Origin: Leucoraja ocellata
Lineage: Eukaryota
Direction of reading: 5' to 3'
Length of the DNA: 64,000 nt
Assembly: GCA_036785375.1 (NCBI GenBank)
Contig: JAWMAR010000159.1
Location: forward strand, 3,162,001-3,226,000
This document shows, in pieces, positions 1 to 13,163 of the stretch (its first letter is position 1; each line of letters starts with the position of its first letter). Both the position numbers and the translations under genes were made by a program. The notes beneath the pieces are model-generated. The model was not told the origin of the DNA, did no database searches, and saw only the letters and a list, made by a program, of their open reading frames with translations.

Positions 1-243
1 GAGATGTTACCAAATCTTTGAGTGGTAACAGTGGGAAATGACTGCCAAGGCTTAGTGAAGATGATGTTATTTTTGACAAGGGTGAAAACTGGCAGCATTA
101 ACAACCATCTGTCCAAGGCCTGTTATGTTCATGCGTTTGTAAGAGGCAGCTGGTGTTAAAAGCTTTGCGGATAGTTGGTTGAGAGAATGTATGTAGAGAA
201 CAGGATGCTGAAGTACTCTGCCTTACCAAATGGGTTTTCAGTG

Positions 244-462
244 TAAAGATAGACACAAACTGCTAGAGTAACCCAGCGGGTCAGGTAGCACCTCTGGACA
301 GAATGGATAGGTAACATTTTAGGTCAGGACTCTTCTTCAGATTGAAGAAAGATCCTGACCCGAAGCATCACCTGTCCGTTTCGTCCAGAGATGCTGCTTG
401 ACCTGCTGTGTTACTCCATCATTGGGCATATATCATTGGTATAAACCAGCATCTGTAGTACT
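244..462. mobile_element. Penelope-like pLTR fold-back relic (two inverted copies of the pLTR end)
   Basis: Left arm aagatagacacaaactgctagagtaacccagcgggtcagg...cttcttcag mirrors right arm tgaagaaagatcctgacccg...gttactccatc; same module flanks the GIY-YIG ORF at 34485-35383. Confidence 0.8.
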
Positions 463-943
463 TTGTTATTAAATTGGGTCTTTCAGTGTAGTCCTGTTTG
501 TGAGAAGTTGCCTGTGCAGAGCACCTGACCAAACTTCAAAAGTAAGTATGCATTTGAAAGAATAATAACAAACTTTGCTTGCTTATTTTTTCATAGTCAT
601 TGAAAAGTCAATATGTAGGTTATTTTCCTCCAGATGAAGTAAAGGTCCTGAGAACCTAGACTGGAGGTGATTATAGAATATGTGTTATCCATCCTTTCAA
701 CCCATTTGTTTTAATTCAGAATTTTGCAATGGCAGTCAAAAAAATAATATCTGAAGTTTGCAATCAGATTTAATTGTGGAGCAAAGAATCACTTGTACTC
801 TGCTCTCAGATCAAGCAGAAGGGTATTAATTTTTATGAATCTTCCACCGCGGGAGTGAGAGGGCCCTGTTCAACTGACGAGCCTTGAACCTCACATCTCT
901 CCTTGAGTGGTATCCTTAGATATGTTTGGAGAGAAAGTGCAGC

Positions 944-1098
944 ACCTAATTTGAGGAAGGACATTCTTGCTATTGAGGGAGTGCAGCATAGGTTCACGAG
1001 GTTAATTCCCGGCATGGCGGGACTGTCATATGATGTAAGAATGGAGCGATGGGCTTGTATTCACTGGAATTTATGAGAGGGGATCTTATAGAAACATA
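944..1098 (+). mobile_element. CR1/HER1-type LINE ORF2 fragment
   Basis: cctaatttgaggaaggacattcttgctattgagggagtgcag = PNLRKDILAIEGVQ, as in 62735-63652. Confidence 0.85.
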
Positions 1099-1384
1099 GA
1101 AACATAGAAAATAGGTGCAGGAGGAGGCCATTCGGCCCTTCGAGCCAGCACCGCCATTCATTGTGATCATGGCGGATCATCCCCAATCAATAACCCGTGC
1201 CTGCCTTCTCCCCATATCTCTTGATTCCACTAGCCCCTAGAGCTCTATTAAACTCTTTCTTAAATCCATCCAGTGACTTGGCCTCCACTAGCCCTCTGTG
1301 GCAGGGAATTTCACAAATTCACAACTCTCTGGGTGAAAAAGTTTTTTCTCCCCTCCGTCTTAAATGGCTTCCCCTTTATTCTAA
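1088..1384 (-). mobile_element. CR1/HER1-type LINE 3' end with (TTTCTATG)n tail
   Basis: tagaaacatagaaacatagaaaataggtgcaggaggaggccattcggccc, matching the end of the 62635-64000 copy. Confidence 0.9.
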
Positions 1385-1660
1385 TGGCCCTGCCTCACGG
1401 TGCAAGTCCACCCACGAATGATCCCGAGTGAAAGAAAAAATCAAACTCATGGTTGTCTATGAGATTCCAAGTTTATGTTCACGAGTTTAAAAGAGTTCCC
1501 ACGTGTATGTCTAAGTTTGCCGTTTAATTCTCATTTCTGCGATGTACCAAGTTCCTCTCCCGAGTTACTCTTGAGCCAACAACGACTACCGACGTGTGGA
1601 AAAATCATCACATGGTAAAAATGATGTCATGCAGTTTTTTTTTACACTATAAAAAGACCC
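1385..1660. mobile_element. PIF/Harbinger-like MITE, one end only
   Basis: Starts tggccctgcctcacggtgcaagt immediately after TAA; homologous to start of 32798 (tggccctgtcccacgatgcgagt) incl. aaaaaatcaaactc. Confidence 0.6.
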
Positions 1661-1662
1661 GG

Positions 1663-1787
1663 CCTGAAGAATAATCTCGACCCGAAACATCACCTATTTC
1701 TTTTCTCCAGAGATGCTGCCTGACCAGCTGAGTTAGTCCATCATTTTGTGTCTATCTTTGGTTTAAACTAGTATCTGTAATTCCTTC
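1663..1787 (+). mobile_element. Penelope-like pLTR end with degenerate hammerhead motif
   Basis: ctgaagaataatctcgacccgaaacatcacc...ctccagagatgctgcctgacc. Confidence 0.8.
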
Positions 1788-1865
1788 AAACTTTTAGAGC
1801 AGTTTGTTTCAAGAAACAATCCTTCCAAAATTGCATTCAAAAGTCCATTTGAACTGCATTTGTTC

Positions 1866-2358
1866 CAGGTCATATCTCAGTCCTGCCATCCTGCGAATTA
1901 GCCTGGTGAATTTACGCTGCACTCCCTCAATAGCAAGAATGTCCTACCTTAAATTAGGAGACCAAAATTGCACACAATAATCCAGGTACGGTCTCACCAA
2001 AGCCCTGTACAAGTGCAGTAGGACCTAAACTCAAATCCTCTCGCAATGAAAGCCAACATGCCATTAGCTTTCTTCACTGCCTGCTGTACCTGCATGCTTA
2101 CTTTCAGTGACTGATGTACAAGCACACCCATGTCTCTTGCATCTCCCCTTTTCCTAATCTGACATCATTTAGATAATAATCTGTCTTCTTGTTCTTACCA
2201 TCAAAGTGGACAACCTCATATTTATCCACATTATACTGCATCTCCTATGCATCTGCCCACTCACCCAACCTATCCAAGTCACCCTGCAGCCTCATAGCAT
2301 TCTCCTCGCAGCTCACACTGCAACCCAGCTTTGTGTCATCCGCAAACTTGGAGATGTT
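1866..2358 (-). mobile_element. CR1-type LINE RT/C-terminal fragment
   Basis: Reverse complement encodes [11 protein letters not shown] and CVQFWSPNLR. Confidence 0.9.
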
Positions 2359-2382
2359 AAATTTTAAAATCTATCCGCCCTT

Positions 2383-2517
2383 GGATAGGACTGGTTTGGA
2401 GGGATATGGACCAAACACAGGCAGGTGGGACTAGTGTAGCTGCGACATGTTGACCAGTGTGGGCAAGTTGGGCCAAAGGGTCTGTTTCCACACTGTATTA
2501 CTCTGACTCTATGACTT
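2383..2517 (+). mobile_element. 3' end of second CR1-type family (tail shared with HE1-type SINE)
   Basis: gggatatggaccaaacacaggcaggtgggactagtg...gggtctgtttccacactgta; repeated at 36149, 55860. Confidence 0.8.
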
Positions 2518-2981
2518 CCCACCTCACTCAACCTCTACCATCCTGCATTGGACCCTGAAAGAGAACATGGGATTTGTGTTCTCCCGATGGTTTGGTATCT
2601 CTCTGTGATAATGGGACTACTTGTGAGGCAGACATGCTCCGTCGTCTTACTGGATGTATTATTAGTCAGCCTTGAGAGGGCTTATGCTTTGCACGATCCA
2701 CTGTTCCTGGCAGCTAATCCGGTGCTCGCACAATTTAGGTTATTCTTCTGCTGTTCATCTGGTTGCTTTGGAAATAACCCTGTCTGCAGCTTCTTTATCT
2801 TTCTTTGTCGTTAGAGAAGCACAGTGTTTCAGGCCTCCAAGACTGGCATGGATATGCAAGGTCTACTGTTGAGTACATTGTTGTTCATCTTGTACAAACA
2901 ATTCCTGTTAATTCATTCCCCACCTCTGCAAAATAAAAAAAAACCCAGCAGGTTTATATTGCTGTCATTAACCCTTAATGT

Positions 2982-3411
2982 GGGCAGGTGCTGTAGACCT
3001 GCAAGGGAAGGTAGACGCTCCCGCCCCGACGAGTCTTGGGCAGATGGGGCTCATCGGCCTGGGAAGGCAGTCCATCTAGGAAAGAGAAAACTCTGATTTA
3101 AAACCTCCACTGCCTTGGGGCCATATCCAGTCATGGAAAAGGCTCCAGGAGTAAACCTCAAGAAAATCCGGAGTCGGAGTCAGAGCCCCTAAGGCAATTT
3201 GTCATTGTCTACAACCTCTCTCTGGCAGCTCCTGCAACGGCGCTGGTGCCAAACTGTAACGGCCCTGCTATTCCTTTGGATCGATCAGCGACGTGGAGAG
3301 GGGGGACATGCTGCAGGGGCCACAACCTGTCCTCCATATGACATCGCCAAGGCTTGCATCCGACCAGGATGCATCAGCCATGGTCAGTCATGACCGAGAG
3401 GGGCCTTCAAC
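2982..3411 (+). mobile_element. Non-autonomous RTE-derived retroposon
   Basis: gggaaggcagtccatctaggaaagagaaaactctgatttaaaacctccactgcc resembles RTE 5'-region signature (recalled); imperfect 13-bp TSD taacccttaatgt 2969-2981 / taaccctcattgt 3412-3424. Confidence 0.6.
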
Positions 3412-3549
3412 TAACCCTCATTGTTTCAATTTTCCTTCTTCAAGTTGAAACCCAGAGATGAAACAAGTGCTTTAACCAACTGCGAAACAGAACCACAATA
3501 TCCCAGAGTGACCTTTTCTTTAATAGAAAATTTAATTTAGAAAGGTTTT

Positions 3550-3930
3550 ACAAACTTGGGTTGTTTTCTCTAGAATGCTATAGAAAATGATGAGTGGCGT
3601 CAACAGGGTCGACAGTCAGAACTAATTACCAAGGGTGGAAATGCCAAAGTCTAGAAGGCAGAGATTTAAGGTGAGAAGGGTAACATTTAAAATTTAGGGG
3701 GACAAGTTTTATTTACACAGGTGTTGAGTGGCTTGAACAAACTACCAGGGGTGGTGGTGGAGTCAAATACAAAGTTGCATTTGAGGATTTTAGATAGGCA
3801 CGTGGATATGCTGGGATTGGAGGAATGTGGATCTGTTGTAGGCAGATAAGATTAGTTTATCTTGGCATTATATTTGGCACAGATGTTCTAGGTTGAGCGC
3901 CTGTTCCTGTGCTCTACTGATCTATGGTCA
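3550..3930 (+). mobile_element. Old CR1-type 3' fragment
   Basis: Degenerate agatttaaggtgaga...tttagataggcacgtggatatg...cctgttcctgtgct. Confidence 0.65.
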
Positions 3931-4446
3931 CATAGAAAACTGCTCACTTTATTGTCTTTTTTGGGATGTAATGATTGTGGATTTGGCATATTGAATCATA
4001 CTTAAGAATGCCAGCTTCTATTAAGGTGGCATGTCTATTTTCTTTATTACCAAACTATTATAAAAATATCTCCTATTCTAAAAGCAAACTGCCTGCTACT
4101 AAATTTGGTCAACATTTGTATTCTGGAGACAATCATTCACTGTGGACTAGTTATTTCTTTACTTGCACAAGACTACACACAATAATACTATTCCCACCAG
4201 AGCTCCTTTTACCCAAGAAGAACTACTATGATTGCTGCTCTTCACAAAACCAACACATATCTCTCTGTCTGGATAGTACATCCACTAACTCTTGCTTATC
4301 AATCGAGTGCTTGTCTCAGCTCATCAAACACGTTCTCTTTGAGGGTCAGCATTCATGAGTTACAGTCATACACACCGTAGATGCTGGAATTTGGTGCAAA
4401 AGGATAAACTGCTGGAGGAACTTGGCAGGTTGTGCAGGATCTGTGG

Positions 4447-4750
4447 GGGTGACACTGTGGCGCAGCGGTCAATTTGCAGCCTTGTAGTTGAGACCCGGGT
4501 TTGATCCTAACTACGGGTGCTGTTTGTACGGAGTTTTTACATTCTCCTTATGACTGCATAGGTTACTCTTCTATGGTTACCTTGGTTTCCTCCCACACTC
4601 TAAAGACATACAGGTTTGTAGGCTAATTGACGTGACAAAATTGTAAATTGTGCCTGGTGTGTATAGGATAGTGCTAGTGTATGGGGTAATTGCTGGTCGG
4701 CGCAGACTTGGTGGGTCGTAGACCTGTTTCCATGCTGCATCTCTAAAGTC
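4447..4750 (+). mobile_element. tRNA-derived HE1/V-SINE-type SINE
   Basis: A-box-like tggcgcagcgg, B-box-like ggtttgatcc, central ggtttcctcccacactctaaagac, LINE-derived tail cctgtttccatgctgcatctctaaa. Confidence 0.85.
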
Positions 4751-5185
4751 GAAAGAATAGTCGATGTTTCAGGTTGAGACCAGTGTTAGGACTGAGAATG
4801 GAGATAGCAAGTATAAAGAGGAGGGGGAGGGGGGGGGGGGGGGGGGGGGGGGGGAGGCAGAGACCATTGGGTAATAAATAGGCAGAGGAGCAGTGAAGGC
4901 TGATGGAGACGTCAGGTGGTGAAGGGGAGGCATGGAGTTGGGAGACAGAGGCTGGTGGGTGGAAGCAGACAAGGGGAATGAAAGGCAGATGGATGTTGGG
5001 AAGAGAAGAGGATGGAGGGGGAGATCTATCAGAGGATGATGAGGAAGGACACAAAGGCTACCAAGTGCATATGCACCTCCACCAACTTTGTCTGCTGCAT
5101 TCAGTGCTCCCAATATGTTCTTCTCTACGTCAGCAAGACCAAACGCAGTTTGTAGTATACCTTTGGTCTGTCTGCAATCCATCCA
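4751..5185. mobile_element. Rearranged Penelope-like fragment (minus 3' region with G-run, then plus GIY-YIG piece)
   Basis: 5070-5150 reads CTSTNFVCCIQCSQYVLLYVSKTKR on +, homologous to NLIYCIRCSRCQLLYIGETK at 34727-35302. Confidence 0.65.
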
Positions 5186-5714
5186 GAGATAGAACATAGA
5201 ACCGTACAGTACAGGAACAGGCCTTCGGCCCACAAAGTTCTTGCCAAACATGATGCCAAGTTAAACTGGTTCCATCTACCAGAACAATCCATATCCCCCT
5301 ATTCCCTGCACTTCAATGTGTCTATCTAAAAGCCTCTTGAACACCATGATCGGTAACGGCACTACCTCCACCACCATGCCTGGAAATATGTTCCAGGACC
5401 CAACTATCCTGTACGACAAAATACTTGCCCCACACATCTCCATTAAAATTTCCCCTTCTCATCTTCTAGCTATACCCTCTAATGTTGGACATTTCCACCC
5501 TGAGCATCCAGAACAAATCCGTGTGGTAACAGGGAGGACATGCATACTCCACATAGACAGCCGGGTCTCTGGTACTGTGAGGCAGCGCCTCTAACAGCTG
5601 CGTCACTGTGTGCCACTTTACTGCCATTTATGATACAATGCTTCTACTTTATCTGTAGTTTTTTGTAAACATACTTATTATCCATGTCTCTTTGAATCTT
5701 GTTGGAGAATCAAA

Positions 5715-6510
5715 TCAGATTAGATCTTACTATATGCAATCAAGCCAAACACAAGTACCCATATGTGGAGCAAAGGGGAAGGTAGAGTGCAGATTATAGT
5801 TCTCAGCATTGTAGTGCATCAGTTCTATAGACAAAGTTCAATGTCAGCAATGAGGTAGAGGTGAATTGGTCAGTACCTTAGCTGACGGAAGGACTGTTCA
5901 GTAGGCTGATAACAGTGGAATAAGCTGATTCTGCATTTGGTGGTGTGTACTTTTGAGCTTCTGTACCTTCTGCCCAAAGGGAGTGGGGTGAACAAGGAAT
6001 GACAAATGGGCCGTCTTTGATTATGTTGTCTGTTTTCTGAGGCATAGTGAAGTCTAGATGGAGTCAATGGTGGGACGTCTGTTCTGTGTAGTGGACTGGG
6101 GAACATCCACCACTCTGCAATTCCTTGCAGTCTTGAGCAGAGCTGTTCCCAAGCCAAGCTGTGATGCTTTCTCTGGAGCATCTGGAGAAGTTTATAAAAG
6201 TAATTGAAGACATGCCGAATTTCCTCAGTCTCCTGAGTACATAGAGGCTTTGATGTGCCTTCTTGGCTGTTGCTTCAAAGTGGTTGGTCCATGACAGATT
6301 GTTACTAATATTCACACCAAGGAATATGAATATCTCAACAATTTCCACTTCACCACCATTGATGTTGATTGGGGAAAGTATTCAACCCCACTTTCTGAAG
6401 TCAGTAACTAGTTCCTTCATCTTACTGACATTGAGGGGGAGGTTGCTGTCCTGACATCTTGCCACTAAATTCTTTATCTCCTTCCTGTACGTCATCTCAT
6501 CGTTGTTTGT
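5715..6510 (-). mobile_element. Rex1/Babar-type LINE 3' fragment (RT C-terminus), frameshifted
   Basis: FLGVNISNNLSW..KKAHQSLYVLRRLRKFG and PLPLGRRYRS in ORFs 6064-6348 and 5870-6181. Confidence 0.85.
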
Positions 6511-6744
6511 AATTTTATCTTGTGGATGTATTTGTTTCCCTTCATAATTGTTTTGCTGGATGAAATTATTATTTGAATTAATTGGTTATGGGTGTAAAAG
6601 GCAGTGTGTCTGTCTCACGGAGGCAACAACATGGATTTCATCTTGATTTTTGGTGCTGTTAGTGTGGGGTTTGCACCTTCTCTCTGTGACCATGTGGGTT
6701 TCTCCTGGGTGCTCCATGTCTCAAAGCCACGTTGGTTGTTCGGT

Positions 6745-7225
6745 TCAAGGTTTCAAGGTCAGTTTATTGTCACATGTATCAATTAACGTGCAGTGAAATT
6801 TGAGTTACCATACAGCCATGCTAAGTGATAGGCAACACTTGTCGGGATGGTTCAAACTCTCCATGGCTTGGAGTTCCCAAATCGGTCTCTAACCAGGGAC
6901 CGCGGGCTCCATGATGTTAAAGTCCACAGGCTCGTGGTTGGAGCTCTCCACAGTCGATCCTAGGCAATGAGAGCACAAGCTCAACGATGGTAAGTCCGTG
7001 CCGCGCCCACGGTTGAAGCAATGGGTCGGTCTCCAGGAAAGGCTGCGCCACTCCATGATGTTAGGCCGCAGTGGGGACGGAGATATACAATACAGAAATA
7101 AATCGCATCTCCGTCGAGGTAAGAGATTGAAAAACATTTCCCCCGCACCCCCCCCCCTCCCCCCCCCCTCCCCCCCACATCAAACAAACCAAGGAACTAA
7201 AACATACTCTTTAACACACACATAA
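6745..7225 (-). mobile_element. GC-rich non-coding retroposon, internally deleted
   Basis: G-run leader, hairpin 7076-7115, ggcctaacatc motif and tgacaataaa plus short-repeat tail, as in 19803-20434. Confidence 0.7.
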
Positions 7226-9379
7226 ACCAGGGAACACATACACATAAACTCATCATTTTTGCTACACTTAGCACTGGGCTTCACCCATAATCCTGGTTTT
7301 GTCAATTAATTTTAAGAGATTAGTGAGGAGATGTATAAAACAGTGTGGGTTTTACAAACAAAGTTCAAACTGTTGAAGTAATTGTGCTAATTACTTTTAA
7401 AATTACCAGCTTTTAAGCAAATTAAATTACTTTGAAGTGAGTTAACATTGTATGCTTGTGATAAAGCAGGCAGGCAAATTATTTCTGAGACTTATTAACC
7501 TCTATTAATTTTAGCTGAATGAACTGCTGCCTGTTCATGTAAAATCCATACTGCGAATAATAGAATGCTTTTGTTGTGCATGTGTGCAATGCAGTGTTAT
7601 CAATCTTTGACCCTTGTAATATTTATCTTTTGACTGACTGAAAGATATTGTCATTAGATAAAAAATACCTTTGGAAACCTTTGAGCTCCTGATAACTAAT
7701 GCTTGTGTTTTCTAATTTTGGAGTTTTTAATTGAATTAACTCCATGATTTATAAAAGACAAATAGTTGGTTTCCGTAGCAACAACTTTTAATTTGCATGT
7801 TATTGGCCCTACGGGAATATTTGTAAGTAGATTTGAAGAAAAAAAACAAGAGCATATGAATTATGTTAAGCACTAATTAAGCACTAACTTCAATGGAATT
7901 GAATTTAGTGGTGAAAGTATATGAATGATGCATACTCTTGTATGTAAACTAGTGCAAGTTTAACAGTGTACACAACTGGTCACATATAGATCTTCAGTGA
8001 ATTCCTGACAGTCTATTGAATTCAATATGAAATGGACTAGTGCACCAGGACATTTTATGTAAAAATGTTGGTGGCTCTGAATAAGTGGAAAATTTACTAA
8101 CTTGGTTACTAAGGTTCTTTAGTAACTTGTCAGTTTCTTTGTTGAACTAAATTAAGGCACATGTTGCAATCAAAAGCGCTTGAACAATTGGTTGGGAAGA
8201 AAGCCAAACTGTAAGAAAGATGACTGCGCCTCCTTTTCAAGAGCAGCCAGCTCTTGCACGGTCGGTGCCAAAGCATCAACATGACCCTTAAACGTGCTAC
8301 CTCCCGTTGCTACCTTTCTGTCCATAACCTACTTTATCATCAAACTCATCCACTGGAATTTTTAGGTCAGGTTGAATCTTAAACATTTTTAATATGATAT
8401 CAAGTGAAGGTACATGGTGTCATATTCAACAAATCATGCTGAAGGAACTATTTATGATTAGAAATTATCTAGTTTTGGCCATAAAGACTTTTGAGGAACT
8501 GTGATATTTAGAACTTTGAAACTTGAAGAACACCTTGCACAAATTATGTTGAAAATTGATTTTCAGAAAAGAATGTGCTAAATAATTAGACTTCCAAATA
8601 GAAACCATTCGAGCCCCTATTTCATGTGAATTGAAATGAGTCACATTGATCCTTATAGCTGTAATGTTTTTCAGTGATATTGTTGCTGACCTCTGGGCTA
8701 GCTCCATTGCCCCTTTCTCTTAATACATCTGGTTAACAAAACAACATAAATCTCAGATTTAAATTTAAAATGAATTATTGACATAATTCTACTTAAATGT
8801 GTGCATTTGTTCCAAGGCTCTACTCCTTGTACAGGAGTATTACCTAGCTCAAGAATTTCCAAATGTCAGCTGAAATTGTGAAAAGCTAGAAATAGTGAAG
8901 TTAAATGAATTGGAGATGGAGGTACATATATTGAGATGTTATCGGTGTTTTTATTAAAAATAATCAAGCAGGTAATAGAGTACTGGCCTTTTCACCCAGA
9001 TGAATGGAATACAAGGGTATGGTACAATTTACAAAGCAATGGTTAATTGACATCTCAAATATTGCAAGCTGTTCTGGGCACCACATTTCAGTACAAATAT
9101 GCAATAACCTGATAGGGATTAACTCAAATCATACTGACAGCAGAGTAATATTACGATGATCAGACTTAAATAAATTAGATTGCATTCCCCAATATATATA
9201 TTATTTGGCAATGATTTGATGTGATTTCTATATTCTCGCACTTGTGCTGTCCTGGCCAGCACAACGTTTTCTCCAAACTTATTCTGGTTCCCTTAATATT
9301 AATTAATTTAAAGTCATTTGATTGAAAATCCACAGGGTTATGATAGCAACTAAATTTAACTTCCCCAATATTCATAAAT

Positions 9380-11212
9380 TTATGTTCATAAATTGTAGAA
9401 GCAGAATTAGGCCCATCGTCTACTCTGCCGTTTAATCATTGGTGGTCTATCTTTTCCTCTCAACCCCTTCTCCTGCCTTATCCCCATAACCCCGTTGCCC
9501 TTACTAATCAAGAAACTATCCATATCCACCTTAAAATATTATCTGGCACTTTTTCAGTGCAAGAAGCTGAGATGGGGCAGAACTTATGAGGTGCTACCAA
9601 GAGGGTTTCCTGAAACTGTATGTGGATAGCCCAATTAGGGGAGGGATTATACGGGCCTTGTATTGGGAAACAAGCCTGGCCAGGTGACTGGTGATTTGGG
9701 AAAGCATTTTGGGTACAGTGATCACATTCCTTAATCATTATGAATAAGGGTAAGTCTAGATCTTAGCAGAAAGGATTAAATTAGGTAAGGGCAATTTACA
9801 AATTTATTTGGCTGGAGGTGGGGAGACTAAATTGCGAGCAGCCAATATTTTGTAGTCCACGTTTGATATGTGGGAGGCATTTAAAGACCAGCTGATTAAA
9901 ATCTAGAATCAGCATGTCCCATTGAGCAGGGACAAAGATGGCAAGATGAAGAAACTATGGATGATAAGATAGGTTGCAAATTTGGTTTAAAAGGGAAAAT
10001 AAGCACGTTTAGTTTTAGCAACATGAAATTAGTCAGGACACTTTGCGTATTATAAAGAAAGCAGGAAAGAACTTAACCAGTTCAGTGTCAGTTCAGTTTA
10101 GTATATTGTCGTGTGTACAGAGGTGCAGTGAAAAGATTTTGTTGCATGCTATCTAGTCAGCGGAAAGTCAATACATGATTACAATTGAGCCATTGATTAC
10201 AATTGAGTGTGGATATATGATAAGGGAATAGTGTTTAGTGGAAGGTAAAGCCAGCAAAGTCTGATCAAGGATAGTCCGAGAGTCAGGGAATGAACAGGGA
10301 ATTAGAAGGCCCCAAAGGAGCCATGAAATGTTCTTGGCAACTCAGATTTTAAAAATATCCCAAGGAATTTTCTAATACTTTGAAAATAAGAGGGTAACTA
10401 GGGAAAGGGTAGGACCACGAGGATAAAGAACAGAAGTTATGTTTGGAGTCAGACCATGAAAGCAACAAATCTAACAAGTTTTTTGCATCTATATTCACCA
10501 AGGAGAAGAACATCAAGGACAGTGAGATCAGTGTAGAGTATACTAATATGCTGGGAATTTTGAGATCAAGAAGGTGGTGGTGTTGGGTCTCTTGAGGCAC
10601 ATTAAGGTGGACAAATCCCCAGGGCCTGATGGAATCTATTCTAAGTTATTGAAAGAGGCAAGAGAGGTGATTGCAGGGCACTTGACGAAGAGCCTTGTAC
10701 TCTCTCTGGCCACAGGCGAGGTCTATGAGAAATGGAGAGTGGCTGAAATTGTTCCTTTGGTTAAAAAAGAAAATAAGGATAATGGAGGATTTTATTGTCT
10801 GATGACCGTCACATCAATGGCAAGCAAGGCACTGGAGAGGATACTGAGGGATAGCATTTACTCACTTTTGTAAGAGAATTGGCTAATTTAGAAGCCATCA
10901 CCATGGCTTTGTGCAGGGCACGTCATATCTTACAAAATTGATTGAGTATTTGACTAAGGTTGGTCAATGGATGTTGTCTACAACACTTTTGTAAAGTGTT
11001 TTCTTCAGAGTAGTGGGTGCCAGGAAGGCACTGCCGGAGTTAGTGGTGGAAACAGTGGCATTTAAGAAGCTTATAAATAGGCACATAGATATACAAGGAA
11101 GGAGGGATATGAAGCCCATACAGGCAGAAGGGATTACTTTGATTTGGCCTCATGTTCAGCACAGAGATTTTTGTACTGAAGATGATTTTCCTGTGCACTG
11201 TTCTATGTTCTA
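9380..11212. mobile_element. Cluster of old CR1 fragments (minus 3' end 9380-9540; plus APE/RT remnants) with a Rex1-type 3' end at about 10080-10285
   Basis: IKVDKSPGPDGIYSKLLKE..WRVAEIVPL in ORF 10574-10873. Confidence 0.75.
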
Positions 11213-12139
11213 AGTTGCCTTGACCTGCATAATTTCCATCTTTTCACCATTTCAGCTGACATTTGGAGTACTTGAATGAACTTCACCATTTGAGCTCAGC
11301 TGTGAGAGGGAGGAAATGACAACATCTACAGTTGATGGTCAATTCTTATTGTGAGCCAGTAAATTAACCAAGCTGTGCAGTTCTCAGTGCTTGTGAAAGC
11401 ACTGTGCACTGACCCATTCCATCCTCCTCATATGGTGGTGAAAATGACAGTCATGTTGCTACGGGAACTTCTTTCAGATTTGTAATGAGGTAGAAACTGT
11501 TCTATTCAGATAAAGAACTCATTCATCATCGAAATGAAATTGTTCCCCTGTTTTCCTGGGCCAATTGTTCACTAACCTTAAACATTGACAACATAATGTA
11601 TACGTGATAAAGCATGCAGAAGTTTGATATCTGCGGTTAAAAAATAAGGCAGTTGCTCATAGTAAAAAATTCTATGACTATAACAATATCTACAATCACG
11701 ATGCAATTCTAACTTTAAGTGTTTGGAGTTCCTTTGAAAATATAGGTGAAAGATTCTGAGATTTTTTTTGGCAGATTTGAAGCTTGATTGCAACTGAAAG
11801 CATTGTGTGAAATGACAACATTTATCACAAGGGCTACGAAAAACTGGCACAGAAAAGAATTTTAAGTCCACAACATCAAACACGATCATATTGAATGGTG
11901 GGGCAGGCTTAAGAGGCCAGGTGGCGTATCCATGCTCCTATTGTGTAGTCTTTTTTTTTTTACCAGTTGAAATATATAGCCTTAAAAAGTATAAAGTTCA
12001 TGTACAGAGTACTGTGTGAAAGGAGGGTGGCTTTTCTGCCTGTTATATGTGGAAAAAGGTACATTATCAGCAAAATCGACGGTTAGATAACCAGTCTGGC
12101 ATTCCAAAAATGAAAAACACAATTGATTAATTGTGGAAA

Positions 12140-12342
12140 CAAAGTACTGAATATGCTGGTGTATGCCAAAGATAGACACAAAGTGCTGGAGTAACTCAGC
12201 ATGTCAGGCAGCATCTTTGGAGAAAAAAGATGGGTGACATTTTGGGTCGTGAATGAAGAGTCCCAACCCGAAACATCATCTCTCCTTTTTCTCCAGAAAT
12301 GGGCCTAACCCACTACGTTACTCCAGCACGTTATGTCTACAA
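12140..12342. mobile_element. Penelope-like pLTR fold-back relic
   Basis: tagacacaaagtgctggagtaac ... gttactccagcacgttatgtcta inverted arms. Confidence 0.8.
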
Positions 12343-13163
12343 TTGATTCATTCTTATCCATGTCCAACTCTGACATGAAGATGTAGAATTTTCGTATGTG
12401 CAGGTATTGAGATTTTACCGAACATTAATGATAATCATTGCTCAGAAGCTCAGTTGCCGATTTATACTATTCCTTTCCCCATTTGGTGAACTATAATGTA
12501 GGTTAGTGATAGGGCATGGAAACAAACCATTTGGCCCACCGATGGTGGAGCAGACTTGATGGGCACAATGGCCTAAATCTGCTCCTATGTCATGATCTTC
12601 TGATCTTAGAACATTGGCACCATCCAATGCAAAAATGGCATATCTAAAGTTTGAAATCTGTTTATCTTGAGAATTTAGTCAGATCTCTATGATCGCATTG
12701 AATTGCAAAACAAGCTTTAATGACTGAATCACCTCTTGTTTCGATGCCTTCCACAAGTTAGATGCAGAGCCCTGTGTTCAGGAGAGAAACCAACAGCATG
12801 ATTCATGCAAGGACACAAGCCAGTTTGGCTTCCAGGAAGTACATGTGTTTGTGTATGCTTGATGCGCATTTGTGTGAGTGAGTGCTAGGTAAGGATTAAA
12901 ATCAGACTGATCTGTGATGTCTCATGGTTCAATTACTTTGCTTCACACTCAAAATGAACAGCTATTCAAATGGGATATTGAAAAACTGCTGGGGGGTTTT
13001 TAAACATAAGCCAGCATAAACTGACAGCCCGGCAATATGCCAGAGCAGTCTTCCAGTAGGAAGCTGGTACCATCTTTTGTCAATGTCTAGCGCAGTGCTT
13101 GGCCTGTTTGATTGAAATTGACAGGCTCCATCTCCAGCCCATAATGACCCTCCACAGGCATTA

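Noticed and set aside
634-666. 33-bp AG...GT micro-exon candidate
   Set aside because: Stops in all three frames
855-894. CTGACGAG inside a small hairpin, possible hammerhead
   Set aside because: No GAAA core strand and wrong junction topology
4743-5251. Proline-rich ORFs
   Set aside because: Translation of a G homopolymer and purine-rich Penelope 3' region
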